Shown piece after piece: positions 10,651 through 20,826 of a stretch of DNA of 64,000 nucleotides. A program made the position numbers and the translations under genes. The stretch spans positions 528,542 to 592,541 of the forward strand of contig CM082583.2 of NCBI GenBank assembly GCA_040954595.2, in the 5' to 3' direction. Numbering within the stretch: position 1 is the stretch's first letter; every line of letters starts with the position of its first letter. The DNA is from Balanoglossus misakiensis (taxonomy: Eukaryota > Animalia > Hemichordata). The notes under the pieces were generated by a model. That model saw nothing but the letters and a program-made list of their open reading frames with translations. It was not told the origin of the DNA and did no database searches.

Positions 10651-12712
10651 AATTGTTCTCAAAAATTGCACAGACAAGTATTACATATACAACAGGCTTA
10701 TTGCATCAAAACTAGAAAAACAAATAAACATGGAAACAAATTGGGTTATATTTGTCCCAGACAGAAATCTATGAACGGTTATGAAATCTGGCGACTTCTT
10801 GATGAAGTTTCTTTTAATTTCTGTAGTAAACTTAACTGTCAAAAGTTGTTTATTTTATCATACCTTATTCAAATGTGAAATATCATAGTCGAAATTGGGG
10901 CATTATAGTGAAAAAATGTAAAATTACAGTTTATAAATTGGTTGGTAAATCGGAATAAATCATGTAAATTTACATGAATGTCATTAGAAAGAAAAGTCAA
11001 AGTTCAAATAAAGAGTTCAATCAAATTCATGGAGATTCCATGACAGTGTATATCATCTGTTACATTTCTTTTTGTTCTTTTCTAAATTATGTTGAACTCT
11101 CTTTTTTTCAGCTTTTCAACATATTCCAGTGCATTATTATGACACAGTTGCGTTTTGACTGTTGCTGAAAAAGGTCTGCAGACTTGTTCCTAAATTTACC
11201 ACTTTAGGTGCAAACATTATACATGAAAACAAGAACACCACATCTAATTGAAATGCAGGTGTCCATAGAAACCAACCAATAATGTAATCAACCCATGTTT
11301 TTTCAGCTGTGTCACTATCAGTTTCACTATCTGTAGGCTCATAAAACAAACAGCTATGGACTCCCAACAGGAACCCAACTTGGGTTAACATTTGAACAGT
11401 AAAAAATGACCTATACCTCCCTGAACTGACTATTTTCTGTTCCCAAACTAAATTCCTGAACAAAATTTCTTGTCCGTTTACAAATTGCAGCCACTTTTCC
11501 AAGGAGTACCAGTTAGATTTCCACACAGCCAGCCAGCGAACTCTGACCCTCACCCAAAATGGACATTCAGTTAACTTCGTGCGAGCGCCATATTAGCATA
11601 TCAATAGCAATCATTTCAAGTTGAGAACTTTCTCTGTGGATGATCGGCTGAAATACGTAAACTAACCAGAGAATTTGTTCACGAAAAGAGTTTAGGAAAC
11701 AGTAAATTAAAAAAGATAACACAGACGAGACAGTGGATTCGCAGGAAACTAGCGGAAAAGACTAGCAAACGAACATAACTGTTCTTACCTTCACTACAAC
11801 TTCGCTCCACAAGTTCTGTTTGCAGTGGTGAATTGTTCTCAAAAATTGCACAGACAAGTATTACATATACAACAGGCTTATCGCATCAATACTAGAAAAA
11901 CAAAAAACATGGAAACAAATTGGGTTATATTTGTCCCAGACAGGAATCTATGAACGGTTATGAAATCTGGCGACTTCTATGACTTGATGAAGTTTCTTTT
12001 AATTTAATTTCTGTAGTAAACTTAACTGTCAAAATTTGTTTATTTTATCATACCTTATTCAAGTGTGAAATATCATAGTCGAAATTGGGGCAAACATTAT
12101 ACATGAAAACAAGAACATCACATCTAATTGAAATGCAGGTGTCCATAGAAACCAACCAATAATGTGATCAACCCATGTTTTTTTCAGCTGTGTCACTATC
12201 AGTTTCACTATCTGTAGGCTCATAAAACAAACAGCTATGGACTCCCAACAGGAACCCAACTTGGGTTAACATTTGAACAGTAAAAAATGACCTATACCTC
12301 CCTGAACTGACTATTTTCTGTTCCCAAAGTAAATTCCTGAACAAAATTTTTTGTCGGTTTACAAATTGCAGCCACTTTTCCAAGGAGTACCAGTAAGATT
12401 TCCACACAGCCAGCCAGCGAACTCTGACCCTCACCCAAAATGGACATTCAGTTAACTTCGTGCGAGCGCCATATTAGCATATCAATAGCAATCATTTCAA
12501 GTTGAGAACTTTCTCTGTGGATGATCGGCTGAAATACGTAAACTAACCAGAGAATTTTTCACGGAAAGAGTTTAGGAAACAGTTATTTAAAAAAAGATAA
12601 CACAGACGAGACAGTGAATTCGCAGGAAACTAGCGGAAAAGACTTGACAAACGAACATAACTTTTCTTACCTTCACTACAACTTCGCTCCACAAGTTCTG
12701 TTTGCAGTGGTG
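10651..12712. repeat. Tandem segmental duplication (10651-11830 and 11831-12712)
   Basis: Both copies start AATTGTTCTCAAAAATTGCACAGAC and end GTTTGCAGTGGTG. The second copy lacks about 310 bp (equivalent to ~10901-11210). Confidence 0.92.
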
Positions 12713-12726
12713 ACTGCGCATGCTCA
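12670..12726 (-). promoter_or_regulatory. Candidate promoter and non-coding first exon of the minus-strand transcription unit
   Basis: NRF1-like near-palindrome CTGCGCATGCTCAG at ~12714-12727, followed on - by a short segment ending in a strong donor GAAG|GTAAGA near 12670 (duplicated near 11789). Confidence 0.4.
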
Positions 12727-12736
12727 GAAAATCAGA

Positions 12737-13120
12737 GAAAACGCCGATGCGAGAAAACTCTTTAGCTGAAACGCCAATGCGCATGTGTAGAATGCCGGCG
12801 CGACAAAACTCTCCAGAAACGCCGATGCGAGAAAACTCTTTAGCTGAAACGCCAATGCGCATGTGTAGAATGCCGGCGCGACAAAACTCTCCAGAAACGC
12901 CGATGCGAGAAAACTCTTTAGCTGAAACGCCAATGCGCATGTGTAGAATGCCGGTGCGACAAAACTCTCCAGAAACGCCGATGCGAGAAAACTCTTTAGC
13001 TGAAACGCCAATGCGCATGTGTAGAATGCCGGTGCGACAAAACTCTCCAGAAACGCCGATGCGAGAAAACTCTAGCTGAAACGCCAATGCGACAACTCTG
13101 TAGAAACGCCGATGCGAGAA
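12737..13120. repeat. 78-bp minisatellite (~4.5 copies), subterminal repeat of the DNA transposon
   Basis: ACGCCGATGCGAGAAAACTC recurs at 12741, 12819, 12897, 12975 and 13053. The unit is three related subrepeats (30+22+26 bp) built on GAAACGCCRATGCG. Confidence 0.95.
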
Positions 13121-13326
13121 CTCATCAAATCACCGGTTGTGATTTTGTCGGCGCCGGTAGAATGAGTAAAGGTGTCGGCAAAAATTTGGTTGTTACCGGC
13201 ATTTTAGATTACGGCGTCGGCACCCAATGTGCGTCATATTTTCAGCATATGCGTTCCTATCATTTGTCTATGGACTTTACCCATGTATTGAGAGAAGTTG
13301 TCGGGGGTCCCCAACGGCTTTCCATA

Positions 13327-16300
13327 GTCTGTCATGGTGTGCCGGGGTTTTAGTCGAGCCAGGCCGTAGGAGATCTGACTTGATCATCGTGGTCAATGTA
13401 CGCGTGTTTCCGCTCTAAAGTGCCGGGGCTTCAGCTAAACCAGGCCGTAGGAAATCCGACGTAATCATCGTTGATAACTTACGCCAGTCTGTGTCATATA
13501 GAGCCGGTGCACCAGCCGAGTCACGCCGTAGGAAATCTGACTTGATCAACGTGGTCAATGTACGCCTGTTTCTGCTCTAGAGCGCCGGGGCTTCAGCTGA
13601 GCCAGGCCGTAGGAAACCCGACGTGATTACCGTTGTTAACTTACGCCAGTCTGTGTCCTATATATAGTGCCGGGGCATCAGCCGTGTCAGGCCGAAGGAA
13701 ATGTGAGTAGATCAACGTGGTCTCTGTACGCGTGTTTCTGCTCTAGAGTGCCGGGGCTTTATCCAAGCCATGCCGTAGTAAATCTGACTTGATCACCGTT
13801 GCTAACGTACGATAGTGTCTGTCATATTGTGACGGAGATTTAGCCGAGCCAGGCCGTAGAAAAATCGACTTGTTCAACGTTACCAGTGTGCAACTGTTTC
13901 TGCTCTAAAGTCTCAGGGTTTTAGCCGACTTATGCTGTAGGAAATCTGAGTTGATGAACGGGAAGTCAATGTTAGAAAACCCGTGTGGAAAGTATCTCTA
14001 CCCGTTTGAAACTAAGAAAAGAATTAATTCTTATTTATTTTGTAAAAAAGACAATTTTTCGAAAAAAAGTCGAAAATGGTAATTTTGTCTTGGGTGATTC
14101 AAATTATACCGCCTTTTCTGGAATTTGCAGCACTTTTTACAAGAGAACGACACTTCATGCTCCATAATATTTCCGAAAATGAAGAAAAGAGTTAATTTTT
14201 TATGATTTTTCAAAAATTTACTATTTTTGTCAAAATATGGCCAAAATGGCTATTTTTCTTGAATTCCGTCAATATCTCTGCATTTTTGGAGTGGTCGAGA
14301 GTTTTAACATACAATCAACATGTCATATATGATCAGGGCACCAAATTCGAAGAACAAAGGTTTTTTTATTTTTTTTTCTAAAAATGACATTGTCAAGGAA
14401 AATTTGGTAAAACGCAATTTTGTCTGCAGTGAGCCAAATTAGACGGTCTTTTGTGGAATTTGTATCGATATATACATACATACGAAGAGCATTCTATACT
14501 CCATCAGATTTCCGAAAATGTAGAAAACAGGTATTTTTTGTAATTTTCAAAAAATTACCATTTTGACCAAATTGTGGCTAAAATTGTTATTTTCGTGTTG
14601 AATGCCGCCAGTGTCACTGCTTTTAAAAGTCATAAAAACTTTTAACATACAAGCAATTGTTTATATATGATCAGGTCACCGAATTAAAAAAATAAAGAAT
14701 GTTTTGCCTAAAAATGACCTTTTTGGTGCAAAAACGCAATTTTGTATTAAATCAGCTCATTCAGAGTGCATTTTTTATAATCAGCACCATTTTTACATAA
14801 AATGGAAATTTCATACATCATCAGATATCCAAATATGAAAAAATGATTTAGATTTTAGATGATTGTCCAAAATTAGCTGATATCTAATAAATGTAGTATT
14901 GAACCGTTCTGTCCCCCCCCCCCCCTACATTATATGCGGTACGCCGATGTAAGCTTACCCGGCAGTACTGCAGGCCGTGCCCCCAACTAACGTCGGTGTT
15001 TGAAACGCCCTGGTTAAATTCGGGCTTTCTCTATAAATTGACAGGCAATAATGCAGTCCTACCCGAACAAATGTCGAGTGTTGACCCGCTGTGACTTTCC
15101 CTCTTCGGTTTGCCCGACTTAGCTAACGTCTTTGTACTAGAGTGTCGGGTCTTTTGCAGAGCCAGGCCGAAGGAAATCCGACTTGATCACCGTTGCTAAC
15201 GAACGCTAGTGTCTGTCATGGTGTGCCGGGGTTTTAGTCGAGCCAGGCCGTAGGAAATCTGACTTGATCAACGTGGTCAATGTACGCCTGTTTCTGCTCT
15301 AGAGTGCCGGGGCTTCAGCTGAGCCAGGCCGTAGGAAACCCGACGTGATTACCGTTGTTAACTTACGCCAGTCTGTGTCATATATATAGTGCCGGGGCAT
15401 CAGCCGTGCCAGGCCGAAGGAAATGTGAGTAGATTAACATGGTCTCTGTACGCGTGTTTCTGCTCTAGAGTGCCAGGGTTTTAGCCAAGCCAAGCCGTAG
15501 GAAATCTGACTTGATCAACGTTGCTAACGAACGCTAGTGTCTGTCATATTGTGCCGGGGTTTTAGTCGAGCCAAGCCGTAGGAGATCAGACTTGATCAAC
15601 GTGGTCTCTGTACGCGTGTTTCTGCTCTAGAGTGCCGGGGCTTCAGCTGAGCCAGGCCGTAGGAAACCCGACGTGATTACCGTTGTTAACTTACGCCAGT
15701 CTGTGTCCTATATATAGTGCCGGGGCATCAGCCGTGCCAGGCCGAAGGAAATGTGAGTAGATCAACGTGGTCTCTGTACGCGTGTTTCTGCTCTAGAGTG
15801 CCAGGGCTTTAGCCAAGCCATGCCGTAGGAAATCTCACTTGATCACCGTTGCTAACGTACGCTAGTGTCTGTCATATTGTGACGGAGATTTAGCCGAGCC
15901 AGGCCGTAGAAAAATCGACTTGTTCAACGTTTCCAGTGTGCAACTGTTTCTGCTCTAGAGTGTCAGGGTTTTAGCCGACTTATGCTGTAGGAAATCTGAG
16001 TTGATGAACGGGAAGTCAATGTTAGGAAACCCGTGTGGAAAGTATCTCTACCCGTTTGAAACTAAGAAAAGAATTTATTCTTATTTATTTTGTAAAAAAG
16101 ACAATTTTTCGAAAAAAAGTCGAAAATGGTAATTTTGTCTTGGGTGATTCAAATTATACCGCCTTTTCTGGAATTTGCAGCACTTTTTACAAGAGAACGA
16201 CACTTCATGCTCCATAATATTTCCGAAAATGAAGAAAAGAGTTAATTTTTTATGATTTTTCAAAAATTTACTATTTTTGTCAAAATATGGCCAAAATGGC

Positions 16301-19300
16301 TATTTTTCTTGAATTCCGTCAATATCTCTGCATTTTTGGAGTGGTCGAGAGTTTTAACATACAATCAACATGTCATATATGATCAGGGCACCAAATTCGA
16401 AGAACAAAGGTTTTTTTATTTTTTTTTCTAAAAATGACATTGTCAAGGAAAATTTGGTAAAACGCAATTTTGTCTGCAGTGAGCCAAATTAGACGGTCTT
16501 TTGTGGAATTTGTATCGATATATACATACGAAGAGCATTCTATACTCCATCAGATTTCCGAAAATGTAGAAAACAGGTATTTTTTATAATTTTCAAAAAT
16601 TTACCATTTTGACCAAATTGTGGCTAAAATTGTTATTTTCGTGTTGAATGCCGCCAGTGTCACTGCTTTTAAAAGTCATAAACACTTTTAACATACAAGC
16701 AATTGTTTATATATGATCAGGTCACCGAATTAAAAAAATAAAGAATGTTTTGCCTAAAAATGACCTTTTTGGTGCAAAAACGAATAAAACGCAATTTTGT
16801 ATTAAATCAGCTCATTCAGAGTGCATTTTTTATAATCAGCACCATTTTTACATATAATGGAAATTTCCTACATCATCAGATATCCAAATATGAAAAAATG
16901 ATTTAGATTTTAGATGATTGTCCAAAATTAGCTGATATCTAATAAATGTAGTATTGAACCGTTCCGTTCCCCCCCCCCCTTACATTATATGCGGTACGCC
17001 GATGTCAGCTTACCCGGCAGTACTGCAGGCCGTGCCCCCAACAAACATCGGTGTTGGAAACGCCCTGGTTAAATTCGGGCTTCCTCTATAAATTGACAGG
17101 CAATAATGCAGTCCTACCCGAACAAATGTCGAGTGTTGACCCGCTGTGACTTTCCCTCTTCGGTTTGCCCGACTTAGCCAACGTCTTTGTACTAGAGTGT
17201 CGGGTCTTTTGCAGAGCCAGGCCGAAGGAAATCCGACTTGATCACCGTTGCTAACGAACGCTAGTGTCTGTCATGGTGTGCCGGGGTTTTAGTCGAGCCA
17301 GGCCGTAGGAGATCTGACTTGATCATCGTGGTCAATGTACGCGTGTTTCCGCTCTAAAGTGCCGGGGCTTCAGCTAAACCAGGCCGTAGGAAATCCGACG
17401 TAATCACCGTTGATAACTTACGCCTGTCTGTGTCATATAGAGCCGGTGCACCAGCCGAGTCACGCCGTAGGAAATCTGACTTGATCAACGTGGTCAATGT
17501 ACGCCTGTTTCTGCTCTAGAGTGCCGGGGCTTCAGCTGAGCCAGGCCGTAGGAAACCCGACGTGATTACCGTTGTTAACTTACGCCAGTCTGTGTCCTAT
17601 ATATAGTGCCGGGGCATCAGCCGTGCCAGGCCGAAGGAAATGTGAGTAGATCAACGTGGTCTCTGTACGCGTGTTTCTGCTCTAGAGTGCCAGGGCTTTA
17701 GCCAAGCCATGCCGTAGGAAATCTGACTTGATCAACGTTGCTAACGAACGCTAGTGTCTGTCATAGTGTGCCGGGGTTTTAGTCGAGCCAAGCCGTAGGA
17801 GATCAGACTTGATCAACGTGGTCTCTGTACGCGTGTTTCTGCTCTAGAGTGCCGGGGCTTTATCCAAGCCATGCCGTAGAAAATCTGACTTGATCACCGT
17901 TGCTAACGTACGCTAGTGTCTGTCATATTGTGACGGAGATTTAGCCGAGCCAGGCCGTAGAAAAATCGACTTGTTCAACGTTACCAGTGAGCAACTGTTT
18001 CTGCTCTAGAGTGTCAGGGTTTTAGCCGACTTATGCTGTAGGAAATCTGAGTTGATGAACGCGAATTCAATGTTAGAAAACCCGTGTGGAAAGTATCTCT
18101 ACCCGTTTGAAACTAAGAAAAGAATTTATTCTTATTTATTTTGTAAAAAAGACAATTTTTCGAAAAAAAGTCGAAAAATTGCAATTTTGTCTTGGGTGAT
18201 TCAAATTATACCGCCTTTTCTGGAATTTGCAGCACTTTTTACAAGAGAACGACCATTCATGCTCCATAATATTTCCGAAAATGAAGAAAAGAGTTAATTT
18301 TTTATGATTTTTCAAAAATTTACTATTTTTGTCAAAATATGGCCAAAATGGCTATTTTTCTTGAATTCCGTCAATATCTCTGCATTTTTGGAGTGGTCGA
18401 GAGTTTTAACATACAATCAACATGTCATATATGATCAGGGCACCAAATTCGAAGAACAAAGGTTTTTTTATTTTTTTTTCTAAAAATGACATTTTCAAGG
18501 AAAATTTGGTAAAACGCAATTTTGTCTGCAGTGAGCCAAATTAGACGGTCTTTTGTGGAATTTGTATCGATATATACATACGAAGAGCATTCTATACTCC
18601 ATCAGATTTCCGAAAATGTAGAAAACAGGTATTTTTTGTAACTTTCCAAAAATTACCTTTTTGACCAAATTGTGGCTAAAATTGTTATTTTCGTGATGAA
18701 TGCCGCCAGTGTCACTGCTTTTAAAAGTCATAAAAACTTTTAACATACAAGCAATTGTTTATATATGATCAGGTCACCGAATTAAAAAATAAAGAATGTT
18801 TTGACTAAAAATCAGCTCATTCAGAGTGCATTTTTTATAATCAGCACCATTTTTACATATAATGGAAATTTCATACATCATCAGATATCCAAATATGAAA
18901 AAATGATTTAGATTTTAGATGATTGTCCAAAATTAGCTGATATCTAATAAATGTAGTATTGAACCGTTCTGTTCCCCCCCCCCCCCTACATTATATGCGG
19001 TACGCCGATGTCAGCTTACCCGGCAGTACTGCAGGCCGTGCCCCCCCCCCCCCAACTAACGTCGGTGTTTGAAACGCCCTGGTTAAATTCGGGCTTTCTC
19101 TATAAATTGACAGGCAATAATGCAGTCCTACCCGAACAAATGTCGAGTGTTGACCCGCTGTGACTTCCCCTCTTCGGTTTGCCCGACTTAGCCAACGTCT
19201 TTGTACTAGAGTGTCGGGTCTTTTGCAGAGCCAGGCCGAAGGAAATCCGACTTGATCACCGTTGCTAACGAACGCTAGTGTCTGTCATGGTGTGCCGGGG

Positions 19301-19444
19301 TTTTAGTCGAGCCAGGCCGTAGGAGATCTGACTTGATCATCGTGGTCAATGTACGCGTGTTTCCGCTCTAAAGTGCCGGGGCTTCAGCTAAACCAGGCCG
19401 TAGGAAATCCGACGTAATCACCGTTGATAACTTACGCCAGTCTG
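13327..19444. repeat. ~2.05-kb composite macrosatellite, segment 1 (~3 units)
   Basis: Marker GTGGAAAGTATCTCTACC at 13985, 16035 and ~18086. Each unit has 81-bp monomers, an AT-rich block and a poly-C core. Confidence 0.97.
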
Positions 19445-19654
19445 GATGGAGGGCGCTAGAGTCAGCCATCTACGGAAGCAGATTTCTAGCACGCTCAGAG
19501 TTTTCATCGTTTTTTCACGTGAAATCGGTGAATTTTGTGGCGAAACTGAAGGTATATGCTTTTGGATAGATACTTGCAGCTAACTCGAGAGCAAAGAAGC
19601 ATTTTGATTCTCAGAAGAAAGACATTTTGCTAGTTTTCGTGGTCTCGAGCAAGC

Positions 19655-20826
19655 ATGGCCGTCAGAGACAAAGCCAGTTATGCGCAGGTGGTGACGACCA
19701 AACGCCTGCAAGACAAAGACGGTGAAGTAGGAGTTCTACCCGTCTTTCTGAAGCAGTCGGACATAGTTCCCAGGGACAGTAATCAATGGCTAAGAGGTGA
19801 GGAAATTATAGCAGCCGTTTCAGAAGTTGTCACCATCGGCAGCTTGGAAGGGTTGCAACGGATAAGAGGTCTGTGGCGTATTTATATGAATGACGAAGCA
19901 GACCGGACAATTTTGTTACAACATGGACTCACACTACGCGGGAAGTCGATAGAGCTGTGGGGCGAAATCCCTTCCGAAGAGAGTTTCATGAAGATTGGTT
20001 AAGATTAACGATAAAAGATCTACCATTGTCACACGATGATGATGCTATTGCCGCTACACTTACTGGTTTGGGCTGTAAGCTCAAAACAGATATATCCAGA
20101 CAGAAATGGAGGTTAGAAGGCAAGTTGACAAACATTCTTAATGGGGATCAAACTGTGTTCATCGAAAAACCAAAGACACCATTACCAGCTCAGGTTAAGA
20201 TCGGTGCATTTTACGCGAAGATTATTTATAAGCAATCCACAGCGGAGACGCAGCCACGATGCGGCAAATGCTTAGAGGAGGGACATACTGCGTACAATTG
20301 CACTGGACAAATCAAATGCAGACTCTGTAAAAGAGAGGGGCATATTGCAAGAAATTGTATGACTTCTCAGGTACACGAAGAATTAACGTCTCAGTCCACC
20401 AAATACACAATGCAGAAAAGGTCTACGAATCCTGCCGATGCGGTATCGAGACTAGAAAGTGACAGCACACCGTTACAAGGAACATCCAGGCGTGAAACGG
20501 GGGACGAAGACCGTGTTGAGAAACCGCAAAGTCTGGCAAACAAAGCACCTGAGCCCTCGAGCTCGAGCGTTAAATCACAAAGCTCAATTTTAGCGTTCTT
20601 AAAAGAGAACAGAGACGATAGACAAAACGATACTAGTGTCAGTGAAGGTGATGTAACGGATATTGAAGGTGGCGAGGACCGGCGTTATGACACATCAAGA
20701 GAAAATTTCTCTGAATTGTCTGCTGAATCGCCACCACTGTTGTCATTGACCCAAAGCAAAGAAAATAAGAAAAAACGTAAAAGAAGACGAAAGCAGCAGC
20801 AGCAAGTCAGAATCAAAGGCTACTGA
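19655..20826 (+). pseudogene. Tx1-type ORF1 (gag-like, two CCHC zinc knuckles), one frameshift
   Basis: ORFs 19655..20002 and 19957..20826 join by a frameshift near 19960. Motifs: SYAQVV, GLQRIRGLWRIY, CGKCLEEGHTAYNC, CRLCKREGHIARNC, basic tail. The stop overlaps the ORF2 start (TGATG). Confidence 0.88.

Larger units (their letters stand above)
1..13326 (+). mobile_element. Large IS3EU-like DNA transposon, right portion (left end outside the window)
   Basis: Spliced integrase-core gene with a convergent second gene, subterminal repeats at 12737-13120, and an abrupt end ...GGCTTTCCATA at 13326 (TATGG on -). This fits the TAY..RTA termini I recall for IS3EU. The end abuts the middle of a satellite monomer. 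Confidence 0.7.

Noticed and set aside
11137-12434. ORFs MRVRVRWLAVW... in the duplicated segment
   Set aside because: GTG start, frames differ between the two copies, and no recognisable domain.
12741-12749. ACGCCGATG shared between the transposon subterminal array and the satellite core
   Set aside because: Only a 9-nt match with no extension, which is compatible with chance.
12587-13087. Repeat proteins (ETPMRENSLA... and antisense ORFs)
   Set aside because: Open frames arise because the 78-bp unit is a multiple of three and is stop-free on both strands. There is no other coding evidence.
13327-13960. 81-bp repeats as a CRISPR-like repeat-spacer array
   Set aside because: The whole monomer is homologous, there are no unique spacers, the order repeats in each unit, no cas genes are present and the context is eukaryotic.
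13920-13965. Hammerhead ribozyme in the 81-mers (CTGA...GA and GAAA motifs)
   Set aside because: The core reads CTGACTTGA/CTGAGTTGA rather than CTGANGA, and GAAA lies on the wrong side without the required stems.
13985-14167. Recurrent 60-aa ORF MESISTRLKLRK... and other short ORFs repeated every 2 kb
   Set aside because: They start at GTG/TTG, are low-complexity translations of A/T tracts, and are frameshifted or stopped in several units. They are by-products of the satellite.
14900-15200. 5S rRNA, tRNA, U1/U2/SL or SRP RNA gene in the repeat unit
   Set aside because: Only short chance similarities (GATCACCG, GACTGCAT, CAGGCCGAAGGAA). No A/B/C boxes, cloverleaf or convincing Sm site in the correct context on either strand.
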